Shown one piece after another: positions 39,001 to 52,500 of a stretch of 64,000 bases of DNA; within the stretch, counting starts at the first letter, position 1; each line of letters opens with the position of its first letter. A program made the position numbers and the translations under genes. Below the pieces are notes generated by a model, which was not told the origin of the DNA, made no database searches, and was given only the letters and a program-made list of their open reading frames with translations. Source of the stretch: Monocercomonoides exilis PA203 (taxonomy: Eukaryota > Protista > Preaxostyla); the NCBI GenBank assembly GCA_001643675.2, contig LSRY02000020.1, positions 558,001 to 622,000 on the forward strand. The letters run 5' to 3'.

Positions 39001-42000
39001 CTCGTCACCTGAGAATCCATCTGCAACAGAAACGACTTCCAACACAGGATTTATTCCAACATCTGCCACTCAGTTTGCATCTTTCACAAAGACACACGCA
39101 GCATTTGCGATGCTTTGTGCAGAGTATTTTGCTATCACTGATCAGAAAAATCGAGGTGTCTATGAAACAGAGATATTAAATGGGCAGCAGAGGAATTTCC
39201 ACAGTTTCAGGGATAAAAACAATTGTAAAGACAGCTCAGAGCAAATGCTTGCATCAACTTCAACTAATATTCATTCAACACCAAATGGTAACGCTCCTCT
39301 ATTAGGAAGTCGCCCAACTACAGCTGTGTCTGGCTTGTCAACGTTATTTCCTCCTCCACCTGGAACAGCGCAAGCAATGATGATGGATCAGTCATTGACA
39401 GATGCTGATGCTTTTCTGATGTCAGAGAATGCAAAGAGGAGAGGATTGCATCTGTTCAACAAGAATTGGAAGGGAGTGGACAATTCGTGCGAAAGTTGCA
39501 ATGAAACCACACCTGTTCAGGGAAATGAATTCGAATTAGCTGCACAAAAGGAAAAAGAAAGAAAAAAGAAAAATCTATTGAGAAAAAGAATGATCGAATA
39601 TCTGAATAAACTTGAAGAAGATCATTTCTTCTTGATGAATGATCCAGAAGTTGTGGATAAGCAAGCTTCTACTGATGCTCCCAAAGGTCTTATGTTTCAG
39701 CCATTGGCAGAAGAGGTGAACAACCATGAGCCCCTGGCTGAAGCATCTCATCCTTCAAATTGCATTTCGACTTCGAAATTAAGAATAGAAATGCCACCTG
39801 GTTCAGGTATAGCCTCACCTTCTGATCAATTGTCACAACCAAATTCAGCTACTGGTGAGCACTTTTCAGAATCACCGTCGTTTGCGGCTTCTGATCAACA
39901 GCTCCGTCGTGCAATGCAATTGGCTGCGTCCTCATCGACTCCTTCCTCGTCTGCTTCCTCTTCATCCAGCCATAGACAAGAAAACAGAGATCAGCCGTTT
40001 ATTGGGACAACAGCCACGCCGCCGCACACAGCTGGCATGCAGTCGTTTTATCCTTCATCTTGTTTGAATCATGCTGCGCATCTTCAATATCACACTGGAA
40101 ATGCGCAAAATATTGTGCAAAGAGAGCTCAATAGCCCGAAATTTGCTCCATTTGGTTTAGATGAGCAGTCGCCTTTTTCTTGTTACAGGCAATCAAACAT
40201 TGATTGTAATCCTCATTCTCTGATAAGCCCAACACAAATGCATCTGTTACAGCAGCTTGTGATGACAGGATTCTGTTTGATGGAATCTGTGCTTTCATCT
40301 GACAACAACTTAGAAGATCTTCTGATGGATAGCTTTGTGGAACAGCGTAAAAAATCCAACGAGGATGCGAAGACCGCATCTGCTTCGGCTTCAACCTCAT
40401 CAAACTCTTCAAATGCTGGTCTTTTGTCAACGCTGCTGTCTCAAAAGGCGCTGTATGGAAAATGCGGTGCTGAGTCGCTGATGTTTTGCCCTGTCTGTTT
40501 GCGCTGTTATCATCATCCACAGTCAGACAGAGGCAAGCGTTGCGTGTGCAATCTAATGGAAATGAATCAAAGTGAACTGTTGAATAAGCAGTACAACAAT
40601 CATTCTGAGGACAGTGCGTCAAATGAAACACAAGAGTCAGAAGAAAACGAATTAATCGATGAAAAGCAATTGAAGCAAGTTGAAGAAAGCTTCTTGAAGC
40701 GAATTGGTGGGAAAGGTTCTGTTGGGCTTCGAGATAGCATTGTTCTAACTGAGATGGGAAATGAAGATTTCTCAACAAATATGACAAAGTCGCCTTCCGT
40801 TGCACGAGTACTTGAAGAAGGAAGATCTGGATACGATTCAGCTGTTGATGCAGATTCAGCCTTAGTTCTGCAGCAGCGTCATAGAATGCTTTATTCACAC
40901 GCTGTTAAGCCTGCTGATGTGATAATTGTCGAAAGGCAGAAAAGAAAAGAGCCCGCAACTCCGTCGTGTGCGCACACTTATTTCTCCTCCACTTTTTCTT
41001 CTCCTTCCTCTCCAGTCCCGTCTTCTCCTTCGTTTGTCAAAGGGTTCATTCCTCATTCTTCGGGTCATTCCAGAACTTTATCATCTTCTTCAACGACAGG
41101 CGAACTGACTCCTTTGGGATCTTCTTCTGTCGCGAAATTCCTTCCTTCTTGTTATTCTCAGTCGATATTATCCAAACCATACTCATCCTCTTCTTCTGCT
41201 TCTGCCCCTGCCTCGCCTGCTTTTTCAGCTTCTCCAATACCCACTCCTTCATATTATACGTACACAACTCGAGCCATTCCTCCAATGATCCATTTTCCAA
41301 TCAATTACGCAAAGCACATAGCTGCTGTCTTCTGTGGCCGTCTTCCTGCAACACCTCTTTCTGCTGCACTGACAACTGCTATTGTAGCTGAACAAAGAAA
41401 AAAAAGTTATTCACCAACAGCGCGGAAAATATCGCATTCTTCTTCGAAACGCAAGAGTAGTAATATGAAAATCGATATTGATAGAGAAGATATGAGTGAT
41501 AGGAGCAGCGAGAATTCTGATGATGATTTGGACTCCAGCCGAGTGCCCTTCTCAACAAAAGCAGTCAGAACAACTCCACTTCTGCATTCTGCTTCATCAT
41601 CGAATCAGCGCTTTCTTCAAACTAAAGTCGAGAAGAACGCACGGAGTATTTCAATGCTTCATGCTAATTCTTCTCTTCTCCAGACCTTTTTATCAATTGT
41701 ACAATCTGCTTATCGAAAAGCAGTGTTCGTAGCTGTTCATGACTTACAAACGAAAAAGTATTTAACGTTTCCGTTATGTTCGAATGAAATGTTTAATGAA
41801 GATGCCAGTGAAACCGAAGGAGAAGAGAATAACTTCGAAGGAGAGGATGAAGGAAATGAAACAAAAATTCAAGAAGCTCATTCAAACAATGAAGAAGCTA
41901 AAAACGACAATCAAATCTCTCAAGATCAGAAAGAGGACAGTTCGACAAATGCAAAGGCCTGTTCAAGTTCAGATGAAACAAGTGAAATTGCAAACAGTGA

Positions 42001-43192
42001 TGAAAATGTTGGAAATTCTGCGGTCTCTGCAACAAATGCATGTGAAAAAGCAAATAAAAGTGGCATTGACAAAAAATCTGCGAATGCTTCACTGAATAAT
42101 TTCAAAGAAATTACTAATTTAGAAAATGACTCAGCCACAAAAAATAGATCAAGCACTGCAAGTCTTAATAGCAAAGCGCCATTGATAGCATCAGCGCAGA
42201 ACAATTCTTCTCTTTCTTCTCTTTCAGCATCGCAAAACAAACTGTCATCCATTACTCAGTTTCCTTTGCCAAAGTCTTCTGACAAATCTCAATCTCAACC
42301 GCAATCTCAAAACCAACTACAAGTTCCAACTGAGACTAACCAATTGTTTTTTTCGTTGCAATTACAACATTCTCATCAGCTCTTCCATCTCATGCGCAGT
42401 TTCTCTCTCTTTCTCACATTCCCTCCTCCGCTCTCTTCAGCCGATTTGCTCACTCTTCCTTTTTCTCCGCCTCTTATCCCACTTCGTGCTCCTCCATTTA
42501 CCGAGCACAGCTCCGTACTTCCAGAAAATAGCATGAAATGGCTGTCAAACAGCATGTGCGTTGCTGCAGTTGTTGGGTCGCCTGAATGGAGGTATGCAAC
42601 CGAGCACAGATGTTCCAACATCTTTGGAGTTGTTGAGGCTACCTTTGAGCGTCAACTTTGTCATAATTCGCACAATCCAGTTTCAGGCTCAGCACAAACG
42701 CTCACCAGTTTTTCAAGGCATAAAAAAGGATATTCGGTTTCGTTTATCTCTCCCCCAATCATCTCTACAGAGCATCAATCTTCTTCCACATCCTCATCAT
42801 TGCAATTGTCAGAAGCGTCTCTGGATAATGCTTCAGAAATAAAAGGTCTTATGTGCCAGAGAAGTTGTAAAGATTGGGCAGTTTCTGAAGTTGCTCCGCT
42901 GGTGCCACTTGAGTCGTTTTCAATGAGCCAAATGCAAATGATGATGTTCGCGGAAGGCTTGCATTTTAAAGACGGTGATGATTATCAAAATGTCGTCAGT
43001 AATTCTTTTTTGAATCGATCTCGTTGCTTGTCCACGAATAAAGACATGATGAGAGCAAACTGTGGAAGAGGATCGCTGCTCTTTATTGACTCAATGCATC
43101 CTCAATTATTGCGCAGCCTCACAAAACATTTGATGTCTTTTCCTATTTCTGAAATTCCAATGGAAAGCGAAGCAGCAGTTGTTAAGCTGTGA
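33050..43192 (+). CDS. giant pecanex-like (PCNX4-type) multi-pass membrane protein, 2 exons (intron 33279-33335)
   Basis: RRILQAILGGPRL, YPLICKSPPEP..LRPTYF, LPPLDVLIMWLLQELCMFFCGAS and DSSVYSYSAPSI recall PCNX4 motifs (PQTVLGGPR, LPPPDALLLWAMEQ; from memory). Exon 2 is open from 33336 to 43192. Confidence 0.72.
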
Positions 43193-43451
43193 TTATGTTT
43201 TGTTGTAATATCATCTTTTTTTTTGTAATTTTGATTTTGTTTTATTCAAGTTTTATCAAACTAATTACAATAACGCTGAATCAAAAATGTGTTTTATAAC
43301 ATTAGAAAACATTTTAATTGATAGTTCTCTTCTATTTACTTGGAAATCAAAAGGAAAAGATGGTGAAAAGAAGAAAAAGCCGAAAACGATTTTGAAGATG
43401 AAGGAGAGAAAAAAAAAATTAATTATAAAAATCATTAAAAATATATATATA

Positions 43452-44511
43452 GGGTGGTTTTTTTATCCGGACATTTTTTTTATCCGGACAAAAATTTAAA
43501 ATTTAAATATCTCAACAAATATTCAATATTAATTTCCAGCAATTTGCACAGTTGTATGTTAGCATATATGACATTGATTCATATATAAAATTTTGATAGC
43601 AGTGTTGCATTTTTTTTGAAATAAATAATTTTTATTTTTGAAAATCCGACTTTTGATGAATTTTTCTATTGAAACAAAATGTTTCAATTTATCCCATATG
43701 TATAAAACTAATTTTTTCCATGATATTAACAATTCTGGTTATTTTTGATTTTCCACAATTTGCTCTTTCTAACGGAATGAAAATCTATCATTTTTGAAAA
43801 ATCATTGTCAATGGGACAACTTAAAAAATATTTTTTATTAAATGAAGGAGCATCTAACTGAAACCAACACTTGCATTAATTAATATAATAGTTATATAAA
43901 ATTACCACAAAGTAATTATTAAAAATGATTCAAAAGGTATTTTATAAGCATCATTTGTTTTCATAATTGATGATTTTTAATATTCAATTTCATTGAAATT
44001 CGAATAATATTTATTTTTTGGAATCTTCACTGAATCATTTTTAATCACAATTTTGTGGTAATTTTATTTGACTATTATATTAATTAATGCAAGTGTTGGT
44101 TTCAGTTAGATGCTCCTTCATTTAATAAAAAATATTTTTTAAGTTGTCCCATTGACAATGATTTTTCAAAAATGATAGATTTTCATTCCGTTAGAAAGAG
44201 CAAATTGTGGAAAATCAAAAATAACCAGAATTGTTAATATCATGGAAAAAATTAGTTTTATACATATGGGATAAATTGAAACATTTTGTTTCAATAGAAA
44301 AATTCATCAAAAGTCGGATTTTCAAAAATAAAAATTATTTATTTCAAAAAAAATGCAACACTGCTATCAAAATTTTATATATGAATCAATGTCATATATG
44401 CTAACATACAACTGTGCAAATTGCTGGAAATTAATATTGAATATTTGTTGAGATATTTAAATTTTAAATTTTTGTCCGGATAAAAAAAATGTCCGGATAA
44501 AAAAACCACCT
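43452..44511. mobile_element. foldback/MITE-like non-autonomous element with ~440-bp inverted arms
   Basis: 43453-43892 is essentially the exact reverse complement of 44071-44510. Flanked by TATA on both sides (TA or TATA TSD). No ORF. Confidence 0.9.
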
Positions 44512-45386
44512 TATAATTAAATAAAATAAAGATGGGTAGGTAAGTGGGAACAAAACGTACTGTTCAAAATGCTTTTAAAAACGTGAATGTTCGTTATCAA
44601 AATAAGTAATAAGTCCATGTGGGATATTTTTACTGGTAAATTTTGTCGAATTCGAATGATTGAATTAGTGACCCATTTATGAAATTCTTCATCAACAAAT
44701 CACCTGTTTCAAGTCTTTTTTTGATAAATAATACCCTAATCAGTGATTTAGGTTCATATTTTAATTTATATTATACCCTAATTCACTCGTTGTGAAGGCA
44801 TTGATACCAATAGCCTCTCTTAAACCTAATTAGAAATTATGAGAAATAATATTATTAGGGTTTGATCATAGATTTTTTGATGAAAAAGGCGATTATTTAT
44901 CACTGGAATTTTGAGTCGAAAATGAATATTACAATTTTATTGATTGCTTTGTATCCATTGAGTCTTGTTTTTTTTTTGGAAATAAAACTTTATTTGTGTT
45001 ATTTTTTGAACAGTACGTTTTGTTCTCATTCACCGATGGGTATTGAAAATGTGGACTTCTTTTCACATCATAAATTGCTTTTGTGTCTGTTCACAAAAGT
45101 GAATGAAAAAAAACGATTCTCAAAATTTAAAGATTGAGGATTTATCGCATAATCTTTTTATTGAAAAGTTTCCCGCTTACAATTTTCATATTTCATTGGC
45201 TTTTCAAAAATCAAGACTTTAAGCAACAATCCTTATTTTTGCCAAAACTCGAAAACATATTTTTTTTTTCGAATATCATTACGAATAAATAAAGGGATAT
45301 TCAATCCAAAAAAAATAATTCTTTCAATTATTTGAGCTCTTTGCAAATAACCTCACAAGTTTTTTAAGCTCGATTCCTTTGAAACA

Positions 45387-46909
45387 ATGGATTACTTTGG
45401 TTTAATAATTAATTTTCTTTTTATTTTTCTTATTTCATTCCATTTTTAACAGCCAAATTACCAGATGAAATAACGCTGATGTATGATATTTTATGCTTCT
45501 TTTATGCAAAATTGTTTCATTTCGTTTGACTGATAGGATATTACAGAATTGCGATTTTCCAACATTGAAAGTATTAAGAAAAGTGAATCATCAATTTCAT
45601 CGTTTATCAAACAACGACTTACTGTGGAAAGCAGAAGCAGAAAAAATAGTAAGTGATAATTTTGGACAAAAAATTAGATTCATTGGGAAAAAAAATTCGA
45701 TACTTGATCTTTCAAAAGAAACAATTACAGTTTGATAAAAAATTAATCATTTAATGAATTGTCAGTATTTTTCAGGATTGGAACAATGCACCAGAACATG
45801 GATTTTCTTCAAAAGGTTACAAGGAAACTTATAGGTTTGCCTTTTTTAGAACTGACAAATGTCCTCTTGTTATTTCGTTGTTTATTCGAAAAATAAATCA
45901 AATTTTATTGCTTTTGGGAAATAGGATATATAAAAAGACTTTAATTAAAATGTCAAAAAGCAAGCCAATGTATTTTGATGTTTTTGAATGCTTTTGTAGC
46001 CAAGAAGGTTTTCATAAAAGTTATGTATTGTGCGTTGGTCTTCTTTTACCGTTTAGTATTGCTTCAATAATATGTATGATATTTGGATTGGTCACGCTGC
46101 ACATTGCTGGGTATAATTATCAATCGCAAACGGGAGCAAGTGGATTTTTTTATTTATTCACAACTGCAGGAGCATTTTTCTTTCTTGGATTTGTTTTGTA
46201 TTTTCCAATGATGTTTTACATCCTTGATTTTACTTTCCTACAAATTGTTGCCGTTTTGATGATTCCTTCGAGCATTTTATGTTTTTCTGTTTTTGCAGAT
46301 GGATTTGGAGTTCGATGGCTTTGCGTTGCTGGAATTCCTGAATTTCTCTTCATCATATTAGTACCATGTGCAATCAATATTTACATCGATGGAAAGTCAA
46401 CGGAAGAAGGCGAGGTGATATTGCGATTGGGAACGTATGCATGTGATTTTATAAAGCTGGTTGGTTTTGTGATGAATATACTAAAGAAAGATGCGGGGTG
46501 GAATGTTCCATGGTCAGTTGCAGCTATTGGGAACTATTTGTATTATGCAGCTGAAGCATTTTTATTTTTCTGTGTTGGACGCGAGCTTAATGACGGTGAA
46601 TTCATATGTTATGCAATATGCATCCTGAACGTGGTTGCTGAAATTGTGCAAATTTTGTTTGCATTGTGGATGGATGGTATTATTAAATCAATTGCAGTTG
46701 CGCTTATTCCTGTTGATTTAGTTTCATTGGTTTTTGTGTTTATTGCGCCAGCGATAATCCTAATAATTATAAGTGCCGGGGTGAATGACACCACTGAGGA
46801 TGTAGAGTACAACCGAATAGAGGAAAATAGAAGAAGAAAAGAACTCAATATTTGGAATATGAATGATAGAATTTGTGATTCTATGTATTTGGAGTTAAAA
46901 AAACATTAA
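45387..46909 (+). CDS. F-box protein fused to a multi-TM TMEM185/TMEM60-like region (multi-exon)
   Basis: Spliced N-terminus MDYF-AKLPDEITLM-ILQNCDFPTLKVLRKVNHQFHRLSNNDLLWK is an F-box. ORF 45878..46909 has ~8 hydrophobic helices with repeats ADGFGVRWLCVAGIP, KKDAGWNVPWSVAAI and WMDGIIKSIAVALIP. Confidence 0.75.
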
Positions 46910-47697
46910 ATCAACATGTGCGTGCTATTTATATTTATTGTACTTCCTATTCAATTGTGTTTCGTTTAGGATGGTTGTTGCATTTTCTTCAAAAGCATTT
47001 TTTTGTTTTGAAAAAATCTAGCTCATTTATTTTTTTTGTGTGTGCGTGCAACTACAAAATGCTTCAGCCATTCTTCTTTATTGATAATTGTTTATGATTT
47101 TTTATAATTTTGTGAACAATTTTCGGTTTTTTAAAGTTTTTTTCTTTTTCTTTTTATTTTCATTTTTATTTTCATTTTATAAATAAATTTTTTGAAGTCG
47201 TTCCATTCTTTAACAATGGCAATGGTCTTTAGAACAGTTTTGTTACTCACATAAAGTGAAAAAGAAGAAAAAGAGCGTTCACCTTTATGATTCATTTCCA
47301 TTAATCTCATTCTCTTCTGATGAAAAGAGAACCAGAAGATATGCGCAATCAATTATATCCCAAATAGAATGAGGTTACTGTTTTTTCATATGTTCTCAAA
47401 CATGTTTCATGATTTCATGGAATAATCCTTTCTTGTTAGAAATGGAAATTGCATGATAAAAGTGAAATAAAAAATACAAACACAATAGCAATATGACACA
47501 GCCACCAATTGGAAGCAAGTCAATATTAAAGGAAAAATGAATAGAGGAAAGGCAGCTTTCATCAGAACAAATATATCAAAGAAAAAAAGTCTCACAAAAA
47601 AGAAGGTCACTTTTTCATTGTAAAAAAAAAAAAAATTGAATGTTAATGTTCAAATATTTTGAAATCTGTTTTTCTTTCTTTTTTTCTTCTGTTTTTA

Positions 47698-49400
47698 TTA
47701 TTTGAACTTTTTGAATTCATCCAAATTCGCTTTGAACTTTCCCATTCGTTTCCAAATGTATTTAATTGTTTTCACAGCCGCCCCAACAAGTTTTGGATCA
47801 TACTTCCCTCCAGTCTTCAGGACAATGTCCTTTTGCTGCCTGGTTATCCCCTCCATTTCCTCCATCGCCACAAAAAATCTCGCTAAACTCATCGGAGTCT
47901 CATCTGCTTGGGATGAAGGAGAGGAATGCGACGATTCTTCCTTATCTTTTCCTTCTTCTGTTCCTTTTTCTTTTTCAACATCTTTTCCTTTTCCTTTTCC
48001 TTTCTTTTTCTTCGCAATCTCCATCTTTTTCTTCTTGCGATTCATCTTCGTCTTTTTCGTTTTTTTCGCCTTTTTCGTCTTTTCCGAACTCTACGTCGTC
48101 ATCATCTTCTTTGTCGTCGTCGTGGTCGTCGTTGTTGTTGTTTTTTCCCTTCTTCTTTTTTTGATATCTTTGAGCCTAAATCGCTCAAAGATTTTATAAG
48201 CAGCTTTAAAAGTGCAGTCAGACGAAGAATCAGGATCAGGAATGGAAGAAGAAGAAGATGATGATGATGAAGGTGATGTTGAAGAAGAAGAAGAAGAAGA
48301 AGAAGAAGAAGAAGGAAAGATGAGAAATATTGAATTTGATGCATTTCCCCTGAAAACAATAGATCTTTGAAGATTGTGAAAGAATGAGGATTATATTTGC
48401 GGCCAGTTATAAGGAGAAATACTTCTCCAGTTCAATGGTATCCTTCATTTCATTTCATTTATTTTTTTAACTCATCTTTATCTTTGGATTTAATGATTCT
48501 CATATTTCTATTTCTTTCTTTTTTTTTCTCTCTCGTCCAATTTGCTCATTTTGCTTTCCCTCCAGGATCTTTTCTCTTCGAAAATAATGCCAATGAATAT
48601 TGCTTCACAAAAACAAAAGACAATATATTTGTTACATCGCACTTGTTGCGTTCAGTGCTCCTTAATCATCAATGTTGTTTGTCCTTCTCCTCTTCAATAA
48701 TGTTCCAATCAAAAAATTTAACTTCAACCTGATTATTCTTCCTCATTTCCCCTTCTTCCTTTCTCCAAAACAAATTCTTCCGACAAACAAAATCTATTGG
48801 TCATTTTCCAAATAACTTCCATGTTCCTATCAAATGATAGAATATGAACAAAAAAAGTATTTTCATGAAAATATTCGAATAAAACAGAGATAAACGCACA
48901 CCAGTTGCAATTTGCATCATATCCTGCTGCTCCCTTGTCTCAATAATAAATATCCATTTTCACTCATTTCACATTTTGGCCTCTTTCTCTTGAACTGAAA
49001 TTCCATCTCTTTCTGCAAGAGAGACACATCAAAAATCCAACCCAAATGCTCATATAACCTTGTGCCGCACATTCCATCCCTTCTGTGAAAACAATTCATT
49101 TCAGCCAATCGAAGCAAAAACAATCATTTCTTTCAAAACATCAAAAGTTACTTCAAATAAAAACAACACAAAAAATCCACCAAAAGGCATACGTTTAAAT
49201 GTTGTTCAGAATCACAAAACTTCCATCGCTCATACCTCTTCTATTCATCTGTTTTCATCAATCTTCACAACATTCATTTATTTCCCAGATACCATTTCTC
49301 ATTATAACATAGCCAACAAAATTATATTCTCTAAATCATATGTTGTTTCATCTCAGAGGCAGATATCGCTGCACGGAGAGTGATGGCTGAAATCAGAACA
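47698..49400 (-). pseudogene. degenerate Mutator/MULE-like transposase remnant
   Basis: Across broken frames and in the correct order: TFKRMPFGG (~49190; DGTFK..P motif), a YLEND segment, FFDWNII and RRTNNIDD (~48670-48710; RTNNxxE motif), then acidic and Lys-rich tail. No TIRs found. Confidence 0.55.
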
Positions 49401-49585
49401 TCAAATAAAGATATATAAATATTTACTATTATTTATTTGATCAAATTGAAAATGAAAAATAACAAAGAATAATACTTATTTTCATATAACAATATGATAT
49501 TCAACGAAATTCGAATGTTTTTTGAAAATTGAAGTGCCCATATTAGTCTGTGATTGAAAAAAGAAAAGATAACAGTTGGAGAGGT

Positions 49586-52500
49586 ATGATATTGGGGCTG
49601 TCAGGAATATTTTATTGTGTGTGGATAATTAGTGTGGGGTGTGTGTGCAGTGGTGCTAAAAGTGATGGAGCAGGATTTGTTGAGAAATCAGCGAAAGAAG
49701 GAGAATTGGATTATCCTGAAGGCACATGGCGAGAGAAGGCTCAAAATGCCAAAATTGGAGATAGCAATTTATTTGACACACATGTTGAAGGAAAAGAATG
49801 TGGAGCAAGAGTGACCTGGAAAGAAGAGAGAATGATGAAGAAATGCACAAAACAATGGAATGAAGGAAGTGGAGAGATTGGGAAAGTCCAACAATGGAGT
49901 TTTTGTGATGAGTGGAAAATGTGGGGAAAGGGGGGTGTGTGTGGTGGGAGTGGGGTTGAGGGAAGTGTTGTTGGGGTCAATTCATCACTGAAACTGAATT
50001 CATTGGGATTGAGGGAAATGGGTGGGGAGAGTGTGCTCAGGGCATCGGATGGAAGTTTTGTTGAGGTGAGTGGATGTGTAATTGGAGTTGAGAGAAAGAC
50101 ATCCCCCTTTGATTTTTGTGAGAGCTGTGGATCATTTACCAACATTTCCCTCAGATCGTCTTCAACTTCAACTTCAACTGAGCAGATATTTCCTTCACTT
50201 TTCTCTTCAAAAGCAACGGAAGGAGAGATATCTGAGAAACGTCATGTTTCTGTTTGTTCTTCTCGTTTCTCTTCATTTTGTGTGTCTTCAGCCCCATTCA
50301 TTTCATCGCATTTTACATCTCTTTCCCAATTAGAATTCTTCAACATCTCCACAAATCCACTGAAATCAACACATCTGCGTGAAGGGTTGGACCAAAGAAT
50401 GTTTCTGATGAGTGGGTGCTCATTTTCGTCTGTTTGTGATGCATATGATGGCGGGATTGTTCCTTCCCTCAACAATCCCTTGGCCTCTTTAACTGCCTCA
50501 AATACATCCTTTGTTGGGTGTTGTCGGACAAAGAATGTGAAATGTGAAGGAACTTCAGATGTAAAGTTGAATCCAGGGAGACGGAACGAAACAGAAAATG
50601 GAGCTAATTCATTCACTTGGTGCGAGTGGAACGGATCAAAGACAACAGGAAAAGAAAACTCATACTCAGATGGAATATCGAGTGGAGGGGCCATCTGCAT
50701 GTATAACCTCAATTCAGGAGAACTTTCAGTTTCGCATTGTTCATTCAATGATTGCACCGCATATTACCATGGGGGAGCAATCATGTGTCATGGAATCAAA
50801 TCGATTGAGATTGTGGGCAATGTGTTTAATTCGTGCACGGCACAAACATATGGCGGGGGAGGTGTGTATGCTTGCGACATAAGTTTATGTGCCCTTGTCA
50901 GCAGATGTGAATTCCAGAATTGCAAGGCACACCACGATGGGGGAGGGTTGAGATTGGACAATTTCGATATGTCTGAATCAGAGTGTCTGGAAATAGAAAA
51001 CGTGGAAAGAGAAAATGGATATGTGTTTGACTGTAGTTTCACTTCATGTTCGGTTACAAGTAATTTTGGTGGAGGTTTGTATTGTCGATATGTTCCTGTT
51101 GCATTTAAAATGATGAACATTCAGTTTATTTCATGTTCTGCATTGTCAACTGGTGGAGGGTTTTGGTTTCATTTCGATAAAACAAACGCTCCTGATAATG
51201 GAATTTATTGTTATTTCCTTTTCTTCCACGGGTGCAAATGTTCTTACAGCACCCCTTCCGGACATGATGTTATGTATCATGATCAATACAGTGTCTTCTT
51301 AACTTCAAAAAATCCATTCTATGAATGCTACACAACAAACACAGATGACAAGAGAGTGTGCTATGCATACAACTTTTCAAATCCAGGTGCCTGGACATTT
51401 GACCAAACAATGAAAAAGGATTGGGTAAAGAGAGGGATTCTCAATCGATTTGTAACTGTGAGTGGCGGTCGTGAAGATAATCTGTGTGGATTGGATGAGT
51501 CAAGTGCATGCAGTGCCATTGGTATTGCAGCCTGTCAGAGCGCAACACAAACGTTATTAGTGGTCACTCTGATGAAAGGGAATCATAGAAATGAAGAGGC
51601 AACAATTGAAATAAACTCGAAGAAGATAAGAATTTGGGGAAAAGGGAGGGAAGTGTGTGTAATTGGGACGAAATCTCTAACTTCTTCATCGGCAACGCTG
51701 TTCAGTGTGACAAATGGGCAGTTAGAAGTGGGGCATGTCGGGATCGATCACAACGCTATAAGAAGCCCATCGCCGAGTGTGTTTGTGGCGTCTGTGGGGA
51801 GCGGGACTCTTTTGCTGGAGGATGTATTGATCAATTCATCAATATCAGAAGAAAGCGAAATATCTGCATCTGTGTTTGTTGTGGCACTAAATCAGCTGAT
51901 GATGAGTGATGTGGAGATAAAAAACATAAAATTATCACAGCCTTTGTTTGTCGAACCATCATCAGCAGGATTAACACAAGGTGAAGCAGCACTGGCTAAT
52001 GTGACAGTTCGAAATGTGAACAGAAAAGTGGGTGATGGTGTGGTGATGGTAAAAAGTGTGAAGGCTGGAGAGACATTTGTGGTGTGGAATACAACAATGG
52101 AAGGATGTGAATGCGAAAATGGGAATGGAGGGGGTATAAAGGTTGAGTTGGCGTCTTCGACAAGCACAGCTCGAATTGGAAATTCAATATCATACAGCGG
52201 AGGAACAACTTCGTTCAATCAATGCAAGTGCAGTGGATATGGAGGAGGGATGATGCTGTATCTAACTGATGACTCATTTGACTTTGAGATCACATCAGTG
52301 AGTTTTGATAGTTGTGCTGCAACAATGGGAGGGAAAAATGTGTTTGTGGAAGCACAGGATTTATCAGCTGTTATCAACAGCACTTCAGTTGGATTCAATC
52401 CAGAAATTGGAATTAAAGTTGCAGACTTGAATGAACTTTGTGGAAGAGAAAGAAACCAGGGAGAGCTGATTGTTCCACTTGTTTTGTTTCTTCGAACATT

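Noticed and set aside
44730-44865. Scattered CCCTAA/TTAGGG-like motifs as an interstitial telomere
   Set aside because: Only a few non-tandem, mixed-orientation matches.
47131-47610. Short hydrophobic minus-strand ORFs
   Set aside because: Interrupted by stops with no recognisable family; cannot be supported as a gene.
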